Positions 7,882 to 16,722 of a stretch of DNA of 57,978 nucleotides are shown in pieces. Location: positions 1 to 57,978 of IMG/VR virus record IMGVR_UViG_3300025832_000009, one strand, 5' to 3'. This DNA is from a virus (lineage: Duplodnaviria; Caudoviricetes). Numbering within the stretch: position 1 is the stretch's first letter; each line of letters begins with the position of its first letter. The translations under genes were made by a program, and so were the position numbers. A model generated the notes under the pieces. The model worked only from the letters and a program-made list of their open reading frames with translations. It searched no databases and was not told the origin of the DNA.

Positions 7882-7894
7882 TACAATTAGAATT

Positions 7895-8233
7895 ATGAAA
7901 AATTATTACAGAGAATTAAGACACAATCCACCAACGCTAGAGGTGGTAAAAAATCCAAAGAGAGTAACACTAAAAATGGTTGAGTGTATGTGCGACAATC
8001 GTTCAGAAATCAAGTTTATAAAGACAGAAGATTTTTGGAAGGTATGGTCAGTTCTTCCGAGTGGAATGGGCAACGCAATGAGCAACTATCAGTTCGGTTG
8101 TGGTGCAACTGGAGGTGGCTTTAAGGCTAGTGCTGACGACCTATGTTGGATGGCTGAAGAAGGCAATTGGGATGGCATCCTAAAGACCATTAATAGTGGA
8201 ACTGCCGTAATAGAAAAAGTAAGAAGTAATTAA
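7895..8233 (+). CDS. Early hypothetical protein
   Basis: Start revised to MKNYYRELRH after an AT-rich leader. Confidence 0.65.
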   Translation: MKNYYRELRHNPPTLEVVKNPKRVTLKMVECMCDNRSEIKFIKTEDFWKVWSVLPSGMGNAMSNYQFGCGATGGGFKASADDLCWMAEEGNWDGILKTINSGTAVIEKVRSN

Positions 8234-8303
8234 TAATATAGAGGGATAGCCGAAACCCTAAAGAGTAGGTTTAATTTAATTTATTAATTAATACAATAGA
8301 GTT

Positions 8304-8567
8304 ATGAGAGAATACTTTAAGAAAGAAGTGACTAGCACTAAGGATGCTGAGTTATTCATTGACCAACTAGCAGCGGATGATTTGTTATATCATCCCGAAA
8401 CATATGCTAAAGAAGTGGTGGACATGAGGTACGGCAAGAGATTGTTTACTGATGAAGAAGCCATTGAGTTAGACATACGAATGGATGAATGCTACTACTA
8501 CATGGACGACCCGTGTGCGTACATACTAGACAATTTTGTTAACGATGAATCAGAGCTAATATGTTAA
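8304..8567 (+). CDS. Acidic hypothetical protein
   Basis: ORF track; D/E-rich. Confidence 0.7.
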   Translation: MREYFKKEVTSTKDAELFIDQLAADDLLYHPETYAKEVVDMRYGKRLFTDEEAIELDIRMDECYYYMDDPCAYILDNFVNDESELIC

Positions 8568-8674
8568 GTACTTGTTGTGACGCTGAAGCGAGCTATTTAA
8601 GTGATGATATATGTGGTGCATGTAAAGATCACTCTGACTTCTATGATGAAGACGAAGAAGAATTTATTAACTAA
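8561..8674 (+). CDS. Small zinc-finger-like peptide (STCC...CGACKDH)
   Basis: Manual 37-aa ORF. Confidence 0.55.
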   Translation: MLSTCCDAEASYLSDDICGACKDHSDFYDEDEEEFIN

Positions 8675-8690
8675 CTAATATAATTAAACT

Positions 8691-9383
8691 ATGGAAACAA
8701 AACAATTAGTGTACAAGATGCTAACAGAGAACACGGGTAAACACTTCTTAGATAGTGGTGGTACTGATGGGAGAATGTGGCAGAGAAACCAACGTAAAAC
8801 AATGCAGGACTTTGAGGATGAAGATGAGGAGTCTTATGTATTTGACTATAGGTATGGAGATATAGAGAGGACTGTATCTGTGTTTCACTTCCTAACTAAC
8901 AACCTAGAGATAGATGATATCTGTGAGGAGTTTAACAGACTACAAGATGAGAATGACAATTGGGATGCGGTGTGTAATCTATACGGTGTATCTACAGAGG
9001 CATATGAAATGCTAGACGAGTTACATGATATAGAGATAGAGAGTACATGGAACACGTACAACGGAGACTCTGACCTATCGCAGATATTGCAGGGTAGTAA
9101 CCTTATTATTGATGGGGAGTATTACCATATCATACAGATACATAATGGTGCAGATGCTAGGGGAGGGTACACGCATGCCAGGATGTTCAAGGGTGGTGAC
9201 CATTGTGATGGCATGATACACGAATACCTTTGGGAGTATAAGGATAGATGTGAGATACAAGACGATATAGATCAGGGGTATCTAACTGATATAAAAGATA
9301 TCGATGACGAATCTATTACATATACAAGTAAAGAAATATTAAAACGTTGTGAAGAACTTAAATCAGATTGTTCACACCCATAA
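8691..9383 (+). CDS. Acidic early protein (ENTG.HFLDSGG...GRMWQRN family)
   Basis: Conserved-looking motifs WNTYNGDSDLSQ and QIHNGADARGGYT. Confidence 0.75.
   Translation: METKQLVYKMLTENTGKHFLDSGGTDGRMWQRNQRKTMQDFEDEDEESYVFDYRYGDIERTVSVFHFLTNNLEIDDICEEFNRLQDENDNWDAVCNLYGVSTEAYEMLDELHDIEIESTWNTYNGDSDLSQILQGSNLIIDGEYYHIIQIHNGADARGGYTHARMFKGGDHCDGMIHEYLWEYKDRCEIQDDIDQGYLTDIKDIDDESITYTSKEILKRCEELKSDCSHP
9367..9382 (+). repeat. Dispersed motif, copy 2
   Basis: ATTGTTCACACCCATA. Confidence 0.85.
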
Positions 9384-9394
9384 TAACAAAAACT

Positions 9395-9604
9395 ATGAGT
9401 AGAGATAAACACATTTGGGAAGGCTGGACTGTAGGAGATTTTATCGATGAGATAGAACCTACGTTTAACATGAAGCTAAGGGTTATACAACACCCTTGGC
9501 TTTCTGAGTCAGCATTAAAAGAGTGGGTTGCATCAGAGCAACCTTACTATAAAAAACATATACCTGAAGTATATGAATATTTTCTAACTAAAATTAAATT
9601 TTAA
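9395..9604 (+). CDS. Hypothetical protein (HIWEGWTV..QPYYKK)
   Basis: Start revised to AACTATG. Confidence 0.65.
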   Translation: MSRDKHIWEGWTVGDFIDEIEPTFNMKLRVIQHPWLSESALKEWVASEQPYYKKHIPEVYEYFLTKIKF

Positions 9605-9606
9605 CT

Positions 9607-9849
9607 ATGAAATCAGAAGATCAAAAACACGGGTACAGATTTGAGAAAATCTTAAAAGGAAAGAAGGTAGATTCATGTAGGTACATGACTAAAGAAGAGG
9701 CAGACGACTTCGGTTGGTACAAGAGGCCACTATGTATAATATTCACAGATGGAACATACCTCGTATTACAATCAGATGATGAGGGTAATGATGGAGGCGC
9801 TGGGTTTATTGGAGGAGGTAAAGAAGACCACACAATCTATACGATATGA
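9607..9849 (+). CDS. Hypothetical protein (SDDEGNDGG family)
   Basis: ORF track. Confidence 0.65.
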   Translation: MKSEDQKHGYRFEKILKGKKVDSCRYMTKEEADDFGWYKRPLCIIFTDGTYLVLQSDDEGNDGGAGFIGGGKEDHTIYTI

Positions 9850-9999
9850 GTAAGTTCATGATATACAATGCAGATGAAGTAACATTCATACTAGCGAGAA
9901 CCCTTGACGAAGCAAAGCAATGGGCAATAATGTATTGCGACCATTCTTATGAGATAATAGTAAGAGAAGTAAGTGATATTAAATATAAATACTAAAACT

Positions 10000-10350
10000 A
10001 TGATACCAACACTAAGAATATTAACTAGGAAAACAAAATTAAGATTTGGAAAATGGAAAGATTATACTGTTCAAGAGCTACTTGACTTAAGAAGACAAAA
10101 AGAATTAATTTCTCCATATTATAAACTAACAACTATAAACTATACAGAAGACATACTCATTGAGTTAAAAATAACTAAAGATTACAGGATTGAAAAGCCT
10201 GGAACAGATAGAGAAATGTACTTTAAATTTATTAGTGAAAATGGCTACTATACAAAACATAAGCTTAAAGGAGGCGCGGATATAATGAAAATAAGAAGTA
10301 GGCCATTAAGCAAAGCACAATTAAAATCAATTAATCAATCAAATAAATAG
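10000..10350 (+). CDS. Hypothetical protein with FGKW motif
   Basis: LRFGKWKDYTVQEL resembles FGK(Y/H)KG modules; start revised. Confidence 0.55.
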   Translation: MIPTLRILTRKTKLRFGKWKDYTVQELLDLRRQKELISPYYKLTTINYTEDILIELKITKDYRIEKPGTDREMYFKFISENGYYTKHKLKGGADIMKIRSRPLSKAQLKSINQSNK

Positions 10351-10354
10351 AGTT

Positions 10355-10582
10355 ATGGAAAAAAACAAATCAGTTTACGTAGGAGAAACAAACAGCTTAC
10401 ACTGTTCAGATGGGGAGCTAGTAATACATCATGGAGATGTGGGTAACGAGCAGGTCCTTGTAATAAACGTGGAAGAGTTATACAAAGACCTTCCGTTTAT
10501 CATTGAGCAAGTATGTAAGGAACAAAAGAAGATGCAAGAGATGTATCTAAAAATGATTAAAGAATCACTTAATAAACTATAA
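10355..10582 (+). CDS. Hypothetical protein
   Basis: ORF track. Confidence 0.6.
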   Translation: MEKNKSVYVGETNSLHCSDGELVIHHGDVGNEQVLVINVEELYKDLPFIIEQVCKEQKKMQEMYLKMIKESLNKL

Positions 10583-10584
10583 CT

Positions 10585-10779
10585 ATGGGAAACATGAGCT
10601 ACTGTCGATTTGAAAATACTGTGCGTGATATGCGAGACTGCATAGACGCTATAGAGTCAGGCGACACCGATGAATTAAACGAATATGAGTTAGAAGCATT
10701 AGAACAATTTCTATCTTTAGCCGATGAAATAAAGTATAACGAACATGAAATAAAATCAATATTAATTAGATACCAATAA
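10585..10779 (+). CDS. Hypothetical protein (NMSYCRFENT family)
   Basis: N-terminal motif recurrent in phage early genes. Confidence 0.7.
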   Translation: MGNMSYCRFENTVRDMRDCIDAIESGDTDELNEYELEALEQFLSLADEIKYNEHEIKSILIRYQ

Positions 10780-10781
10780 CT

Positions 10782-11051
10782 ATGGGAGCAACAAGTATAC
10801 ATTACGATGCAAGTAAGAAACATTACAAATCAGCAAGAGAAGCCTACCAATCTTTGAGAGAAGAGGCACAGTATGAGTACGGACACGATATGTACAGCGG
10901 TACAATTGCCACGTGTTCATTGGAGGGTAAGATATCCGAGCCTAAAGATGACGATTCCTATGAGGAGGCATTGGATAATATAGACAAGAGAGAGTGCAAG
11001 TATTATGAGACAGACACACACTATGTATTTATTGGGTGGGCTGCATGTTAA
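10782..11051 (+). CDS. Hypothetical protein (EYGH.YSGTI...GWAAC family)
   Basis: ORF track; motif. Confidence 0.7.
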   Translation: MGATSIHYDASKKHYKSAREAYQSLREEAQYEYGHDMYSGTIATCSLEGKISEPKDDDSYEEALDNIDKRECKYYETDTHYVFIGWAAC

Positions 11052-11079
11052 TCAATTAATTAATTTAAATCTAAATCAA

Positions 11080-11727
11080 ATGCCAAATCACGTTTACGCA
11101 CAGATAACTGTGTCAGAGAAGTATAGTAAGAAGTTAGAAGAGATAGCTAAGGTGGGGCTATGTAGATACTACAAGCCCATGCCTGATGAGCTAATCAACA
11201 CATCAAGTCCTGCTAGGATTGTAACCCAATCAGAGTATGACAAGCAGATGGAGAAGAACAAGACAGATAAGTTCAAGCACTATCCATTGACCATAGACAG
11301 GCAAAAGATGTTGCTTGATAAATATGATGCAGATAATTGGTATGACTGGGCTTATGTAAATTGGGGGACAAAGTGGGGGTGTTATGACAATGAGTACGAT
11401 GATGGGACATACAGATTTACCTCAGCATGGGGGCCTATTGATAGTAGCATCATCTTAGAGTTTTTAGTTAAAGACATACCAACTTTCAGTTATTATTATG
11501 AAGAGGAACAAGGTTGGGGTGCAGAGTTTGAGTTTGAAAACGGAGAAGAAACTAGTGGGTTTGAATGGGACTTACCTGATTGGGATTCCACAGATCACGA
11601 TGATATATACTTCCTTGAAAATGATTACCAGAATAGTATAGGTAATTACAAAAAGGGGTACTATGGATGGGGTAGCCTAGATGAATATCTTGGAGACACG
11701 CTAGAAGAAGCTATAAAAGAATTATAA
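11080..11727 (+). CDS. DUF1281/YubB ferredoxin-like (Api92-like) protein
   Basis: MPNH start; WYDW..NWGTKW and FTSAWGP motifs. Confidence 0.75.
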   Translation: MPNHVYAQITVSEKYSKKLEEIAKVGLCRYYKPMPDELINTSSPARIVTQSEYDKQMEKNKTDKFKHYPLTIDRQKMLLDKYDADNWYDWAYVNWGTKWGCYDNEYDDGTYRFTSAWGPIDSSIILEFLVKDIPTFSYYYEEEQGWGAEFEFENGEETSGFEWDLPDWDSTDHDDIYFLENDYQNSIGNYKKGYYGWGSLDEYLGDTLEEAIKEL

Positions 11728-11730
11728 TAT

Positions 11731-11746
11731 ATTGTTCACACCCATA
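11731..11746 (+). repeat. Dispersed motif, copy 3
   Basis: ATTGTTCACACCCATA, intergenic. Confidence 0.85.
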
Positions 11747-11759
11747 AGTGTGTAAAAAA

Positions 11760-11920
11760 TTAGACACGCCATAAATACAATCCTTAGTTGTCGCTAATGT
11801 AGGCCGTTGTAATGCTTAATCAGTTAAATTGAGAAGGCGTGTGGGCTTGATTAGTCCTTCATTACCTCATAAATTACAACAAGACTGACAGGACGGAAAG
11901 ACGCCCCTCCAAGGAGGTAA
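11760..11920 (+). ncRNA. Candidate structured cis-regulatory RNA
   Basis: Multi-stem junction with a pseudoknot or alternative pairings upstream of the MTase operon. Confidence 0.35.
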
Positions 11921-11936
11921 CTTAAAATTAATAATA

Positions 11937-12095
11937 ATGGTAAAAGACCAACTGTTTAAAGTAAAACTCTCTAACTCTAAAGATAGTATCCTGGTTAGGA
12001 CTAGGTATACATTTGACTTACAGGAGGCTAGGAGGTGGAAGAAAGAAGCGCCATATGGTGAGATTATTAACGCTCAAAACAATAAGATACAATGA
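11937..12095 (+). CDS. Hypothetical protein (52 aa)
   Basis: Manual ORF, ATGA-coupled to the MTase. Confidence 0.55.
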   Translation: MVKDQLFKVKLSNSKDSILVRTRYTFDLQEARRWKKEAPYGEIINAQNNKIQ

Positions 12096-13132
12096 ATGTA
12101 CTATCATTATTCGATGGCATGTCCTGTGGACAGATAGCCCTCAACAATCTAGGCATTAAAGTAGACAACTACTTTGCCTCTGAGATTGACAAGTATGCTA
12201 TACAAATAGCTAAGAAGAACTACCCTAACATGGTTCATGTTGGAGACGTTACCAAGCTAAGTTACTCTGATTATAGAGGCTGTTTGGTAAGAGAAAAGGA
12301 ATCAAAGTATATAGTTGACATTCCTAACTCAAAACGTATTGACCTTATTATGGGTGGCAGTCCATGCCAGGGGTTTAGTAGGGCAGGCAAGGGACTTGAC
12401 TTTGAAGACCCTAGAAGTAAGCTGTTCTTTGAGTTTGTTAGACTCATAAAAGAATGCAAGCCAAAGTATTTCTTATTGGAGAATGTCAAGATGAACAGCG
12501 ACAGCAGAGATATAATATCTAATTACTTAGGTGTGCAACCTATTTACATAGACTCAGCAGTATTATCTGCACAAACTAGAAAGAGATACTATTGGACTAA
12601 TATACCTTATCTTCTTGATCCTGTTGACCAACGCATAAAACTAAAAGATATCATTCAAACAGAAGGAGAGCTTAAAGGCTCTAAGGTTGATGAGAGGATG
12701 GTAACTAATAAGGGTAAAGCCTATTGCTTAACAGCTAGGTATGCAGGTGCTACTTGGTGGAATAGTATAGAGAGAAGCCAACGCACTATGATAAGGATAG
12801 AAGATAAGGTTTGTTTTCCCGAAGCCACTAAGAAAGGTTATGTTGCAGCAGGTATTGGTGAGGGGATTGACATACAGTATCCTACTAGCACTACTAGAAG
12901 AGGTAGGTTGTTAAAAGATAAAGCCCACTGTCTTCAATCAGCAGAGACGAGTCAGGGAATTATAAATGAGAAATATAATTGGAGGAAGCTCACACCAATA
13001 GAGTGTGAGAGACTGCAAACAGTGCCAGATAATTATACTGAGGGTGTGTCTAATGCACAAAGGTATAAGATGATTGGTAATGGTTGGACAGTCAAAGTAA
13101 TCGAGTATATACTTAAAAACATAAAGATATGA
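12092..13132 (+). CDS. DNA cytosine-5 methyltransferase
   Basis: LSLFDG, GSPCQG, ENV, QTRKR and RYKMIGNGW motifs. Confidence 0.93.
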   Translation: MNVLSLFDGMSCGQIALNNLGIKVDNYFASEIDKYAIQIAKKNYPNMVHVGDVTKLSYSDYRGCLVREKESKYIVDIPNSKRIDLIMGGSPCQGFSRAGKGLDFEDPRSKLFFEFVRLIKECKPKYFLLENVKMNSDSRDIISNYLGVQPIYIDSAVLSAQTRKRYYWTNIPYLLDPVDQRIKLKDIIQTEGELKGSKVDERMVTNKGKAYCLTARYAGATWWNSIERSQRTMIRIEDKVCFPEATKKGYVAAGIGEGIDIQYPTSTTRRGRLLKDKAHCLQSAETSQGIINEKYNWRKLTPIECERLQTVPDNYTEGVSNAQRYKMIGNGWTVKVIEYILKNIKI

Positions 13133-13734
13133 ATCTACTAACACAAAACAGTAAGTTAAAGAAAACAAGTAAGGCTCTTAATTTAAGAGTCTTTAACTTT
13201 GGAATACCTGCATACAAGTCGGCAAGTGGTAAGCTTACCTGCCCTATGGCTGACGAGTGTGTTAAGTTCTGTTACGCAAAGAAGGGTGCTTATGTATGGA
13301 GTAATGTAAAGCCCGCCTTTGAAAAGAGATACCAACTTAGTAAGACTGTAGAGTTTATTGATGCTATGAATGCAGAGATAAAAAAGAAACGTCCTGATTA
13401 TGTAAGGGTACACGATAGTGGTGACTACTACTCAAGGAGTTACCTAGCTAAGTGGATTACAATAGCTAATCAGAATCCAGATGTAAGATTCTACAGCTAC
13501 ACTAACATGATAGATATGATTTTAAAAACTAACCTACCTGATAACTACGACATCATATTCAGTGATTCAGGTAAACAAAAACATTTAATAGATGAAGAAC
13601 TACACAGGCACACAAAGATTTTTAACAATATTGATGTTCTTAATTCCGCTGGCTATATTGATTCTAGCAGCATTGACTTGATGGCTACCAAATGGTTCAG
13701 TGATAATAAAAAAGTAGGATTAATCTTTCATTAA
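13129..13734 (+). CDS. Gp88-like protein
   Basis: NSKL, TCP...C...CYA, RVHDSGD and FYSYT motifs. Confidence 0.75.
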   Translation: MNLLTQNSKLKKTSKALNLRVFNFGIPAYKSASGKLTCPMADECVKFCYAKKGAYVWSNVKPAFEKRYQLSKTVEFIDAMNAEIKKKRPDYVRVHDSGDYYSRSYLAKWITIANQNPDVRFYSYTNMIDMILKTNLPDNYDIIFSDSGKQKHLIDEELHRHTKIFNNIDVLNSAGYIDSSSIDLMATKWFSDNKKVGLIFH

Positions 13735-13773
13735 TAAAAGCAAATAAATAGTTCTTATTTATAAAATAAAATG

Positions 13774-13781
13774 TATATTTG
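13774..13781 (+). promoter_or_regulatory. -7 promoter element for the replication/recombination operon
   Basis: TATATTTG, intergenic. Confidence 0.65.
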
Positions 13782-13927
13782 TAAAAAATAATAATTAAAT
13801 TCTATACTGATGGGAAGATCAAGTGAAGAGTTCATTAAACAAAGAGAGGGAGAGTTGAACTCACTCCCCATTATTCAAGCACCATTTTCTTGGGGCTTTA
13901 TTTCTAACGATACTAATACTGAAAAAA

Positions 13928-14224
13928 ATGAAGAACAGAATATTTAATCTGTATGCCAACTTCGTATGTGAGGAGTGTGGCATTACAAGAGAGGAATTAT
14001 TTTCCAATACCAGAGAGATAAGATTCTCTATTCCAAGGTACATACTGTACTACATATGTACCAAGAGACCAATGAAGATAGTAGACATTAGAAACCTAAT
14101 GAAAAGCAATGGCTTTGATGTTACTAGACAGAACATTGACTATGGTATTGAAAAGATAAACAAGTCTACAGACAAAGATGTGTGGGACTTAATTGAAAAA
14201 TGCATAGAAAAATTTAATGACTAA
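13928..14224 (+). CDS. DnaA domain IV-like HTH protein (divergent)
   Basis: VCEECGITREELFSNTRE...PRYILYY...IDYGIEKI follows the DnaA C-terminal pattern. Confidence 0.55.
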   Translation: MKNRIFNLYANFVCEECGITREELFSNTREIRFSIPRYILYYICTKRPMKIVDIRNLMKSNGFDVTRQNIDYGIEKINKSTDKDVWDLIEKCIEKFND

Positions 14225-14615
14225 AAAGTATACCCTTTTAGATATATGGCAACAGGCCATTGAAGATAATGTCTCTGTAGACATGTCTTATGGAAACAAA
14301 CAAGCATACATTTATAAAGGTATTAAAGTTGTTAAGGTACGTGATGAAATAAAAATACTCAACACTAGAACCTTTGGATTAGAGTATGAAGAGATAGAGG
14401 AATATCTATACGACTCATTTCTAAACAATGGATTTAGGCCAGGGGTTGTAGATGTCTTAAAGAAATCCTACTTAGATAGGATAGAAGCTTTAAATAAAAG
14501 CATAAAGAAAGAGATCAACAGCAGGAACAATAAAAAACATTACAAGTCTATGAAGATTAAAAGAAGTGAATTAATAAATAAGTACAGTAAAATTTCTAAA
14601 ACCAAACGATTATGA
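14217..14615 (+). CDS. Hypothetical protein
   Basis: ORF track. Confidence 0.65.
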   Translation: MTKKYTLLDIWQQAIEDNVSVDMSYGNKQAYIYKGIKVVKVRDEIKILNTRTFGLEYEEIEEYLYDSFLNNGFRPGVVDVLKKSYLDRIEALNKSIKKEINSRNNKKHYKSMKIKRSELINKYSKISKTKRL

Positions 14616-14872
14616 CAAATTATGACGCGTATAACGCACAAGCAGTAGACAAGGGTAACATATGGATTTTATTCCTATTATTAGGATGGTCTTATGGAAG
14701 TATGAACAAGATGGGTAAACAAATATTCTATTACCTAACATTAGGTGGCTGTGGTCTATGGACATTGTATAGGCTATTTACACTTAGTGGTGCTATTAAG
14801 AAGCACAATAAGAAGGTAGCTGTAAAGTGTGGGCTATCTACAGAGGACATGTTAAAACTAGAACTAATATAA
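14612..14872 (+). CDS. TM2-domain membrane protein
   Basis: LFLLLG...GKQIFYYLTLGGCGLWTL. Confidence 0.65.
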   Translation: MTNYDAYNAQAVDKGNIWILFLLLGWSYGSMNKMGKQIFYYLTLGGCGLWTLYRLFTLSGAIKKHNKKVAVKCGLSTEDMLKLELI

Positions 14873-14883
14873 TTTAAAACAAA

Positions 14884-15489
14884 ATGGCAACAAAAACAAC
14901 AACGGGAAAAAAGACAACATTCAAAACATTAGCAGCACTTAATGTTAAGGATAGATTAGAAAAGAAAGGAAGGTTTGATTACTTATCTTGGGCATATGCC
15001 TGGGCTATGGTAAAAGACCAATACCCTGATGCAAACCGAAAGGTATATGAGTCAGAGGCAACTGAGTTGAACTTCTTTACAGATGGCAATACAGGTTATG
15101 TAAAGGTTGGTGTAACAATAGAAGGTGTAGAGCATATCGACTACCTACCTATAATGGGACACAACAACCAATCACTTAGTGTGGATAAGATCACATCATT
15201 TGCAGTAAACAAGACCATACAACGTAGTACGGTTAAGGCTATTGCTATGCATGGATTGGGATTATCTTTATGGGCAGGCGAAGATTTAGTAGACATTAGT
15301 GAGGCAGCACCTGCTGTTAAGCAAGAGTCTAAGCCTACACTTAAGAAGACCAGTGATAAGTGGAATGATGTAGTAAACTATGTTAAGGCAAACAACACTA
15401 AGTCGTTGTCTTCAATAGTTAAGACACTAGAAACTAAATACATTATACCTACAGCAATCAAAAAAGAATTATCAGCCTATGTCAAGTAA
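14884..15489 (+). CDS. Single-strand annealing protein (DUF1071/Sak3, Rad52-like)
   Basis: YLSWAYAW, YLPIM, NKTIQRSTVKAIAMHGLGL. Confidence 0.85.
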   Translation: MATKTTTGKKTTFKTLAALNVKDRLEKKGRFDYLSWAYAWAMVKDQYPDANRKVYESEATELNFFTDGNTGYVKVGVTIEGVEHIDYLPIMGHNNQSLSVDKITSFAVNKTIQRSTVKAIAMHGLGLSLWAGEDLVDISEAAPAVKQESKPTLKKTSDKWNDVVNYVKANNTKSLSSIVKTLETKYIIPTAIKKELSAYVK

Positions 15490-16216
15490 TATAATAGAAC
15501 AGTTAAGAGACGATTCTAAATACTACGGAGACTTTGGTAAACAATATCTATCTAACTCAGATATATATAACCTACTAAAAAACCCTAGACAATTTAGAAA
15601 GAACGATAAAAGCCTTCCATTAATAATGGGGGGTTACTTTCACACGGCAATGTTAGAGCCTGAGAAGCTTTCTAACTACAAAATAGTAGAGGCTTCAACA
15701 AGATCAACCAAAGTATTTAAAGAGTACATTACAGCTAACGATTTGCATCCATACGATGTGTTGTTAAGTAAAGAGGTGGACACTATTAATACTTGGGTAG
15801 ACTCAATGAAGTCTAACTTTGTAATGCATACAGATATCTATGAGTCAACTAACATATATGAGCAGCCTGCTGTTACTGAGTTGTTTGGTTTGACCTGGAA
15901 GGGTAAGGCTGATATTGTAACAAAGGACAAGGTGATTGACATCAAGACCTCTGGAGACATCAACAAGTTTAAGTGGAGTGCTAATGACTACAACTATGAT
16001 AGTCAGGCATACATATACCAACAACTATTTGGTAAGCCTGTTGAGTTCTATATAGTGGATAAGAAGACCTTAATGCTTAAGATAGCAAAGCCAAGTGAAG
16101 AAACCTTACTAAGAGGTAGAGACAAGGTTATAAGAGCTGTAGAGATGTATAAGAAGTTCTTTGCTGAAGATGCAGAGAAAGACCTCACACAGTTTGTTGA
16201 GTACGAACAGTTTTAA
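15479..16216 (+). CDS. PD-(D/E)XK exonuclease (RecE/ExoVIII-like)
   Basis: LSNS, G.YFH..LEP, KGKAD, DIKT, YDSQAYIY. Confidence 0.85.
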   Translation: MSSNIIEQLRDDSKYYGDFGKQYLSNSDIYNLLKNPRQFRKNDKSLPLIMGGYFHTAMLEPEKLSNYKIVEASTRSTKVFKEYITANDLHPYDVLLSKEVDTINTWVDSMKSNFVMHTDIYESTNIYEQPAVTELFGLTWKGKADIVTKDKVIDIKTSGDINKFKWSANDYNYDSQAYIYQQLFGKPVEFYIVDKKTLMLKIAKPSEETLLRGRDKVIRAVEMYKKFFAEDAEKDLTQFVEYEQF

Positions 16217-16219
16217 TTC

Positions 16220-16233
16220 TTTTCACACTCATA
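16220..16233 (+). repeat. Dispersed motif, variant copy 4
   Basis: TTTTCACACTCATA, intergenic. Confidence 0.6.
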
Positions 16234-16241
16234 ATAATAAA

Positions 16242-16272
16242 GGAGTCAGAGTAGCTTCTCCAACTAAGCTAC
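16242..16272 (+). promoter_or_regulatory. H-type RNA pseudoknot upstream of ssb
   Basis: GGAG/CTCC and GTAGCTT/AAGCTAC stems interleaved. Confidence 0.5.
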
Positions 16273-16291
16273 CAAATAAATACCATTAAAT

Positions 16292-16570
16292 ATGTCACAA
16301 GACAAAATTTTTGCAGACGGTTTCATCTTCAAGAGAAGAGAGAACGCACCCGATTTCGTAATAGGTAACATCAGCGTAAAAGTTGAGAGCGCTATTGAGT
16401 TTTTAAAAGCCCATGATAAGAATGGATGGGTTAATCTAAATGTTCTTAACAGCAAGGGAGGTACAGCTTATATTGAGCTTGACCAGTTTGTTCCTAAGAA
16501 AAGTCAGGATAAAGCTCCTGCTCCTGCTCCTGTAAAGGAAGAGGAAGAAGATGATGGATTACCATTCTAA
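16292..16570 (+). CDS. ssb: Single-stranded DNA-binding protein
   Basis: APDF.G motif; acidic tail EEEEDDGLPF; follows SSAP and exonuclease. Confidence 0.75.
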   Translation: MSQDKIFADGFIFKRRENAPDFVIGNISVKVESAIEFLKAHDKNGWVNLNVLNSKGGTAYIELDQFVPKKSQDKAPAPAPVKEEEEDDGLPF

Positions 16571-16591
16571 TACACTCTAATAGAATAGATT

Positions 16592-16620
16592 AGGGGCTAT
16601 TTGCCCCTTTTCTTTTCTTT
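16592..16620 (+). terminator. Rho-independent terminator
   Basis: AGGGGC-TATTT-GCCCCT plus T-rich tail. Confidence 0.75.
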
Positions 16621-16624
16621 TATC

Positions 16625-16722
16625 TATGTTAAGAATGCTTAGTTTTTCCCTTAGATATACAAATTAAAAAAAATAATATTAATAAAACTATATAAAGAGT
16701 ATATAGAAAAAAAGTCAGCATA
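16625..16722 (+). repeat. Second (inverted) copy of the origin-like element
   Basis: Aligns with the reverse complement of 4979-5077. Confidence 0.7.

Noticed and set aside
7760-7894. 5' extension of ORF 7760-8233 (likewise starts at 7517, 9368, 9973, 11005)
   Set aside because: Overlaps better coupled ORFs or uses weak starts; downstream ATGs have typical A-rich leaders
11884-11905. CTGACAG...GAAA as a hammerhead ribozyme core
   Set aside because: Lacks CUGANGA and the required flanking stems
12989-13010. CTCACAC...GTGTGAG hairpin resembling the dispersed motif
   Set aside because: Encodes the conserved MTase motif LTPIECERLQ; explained by protein constraint
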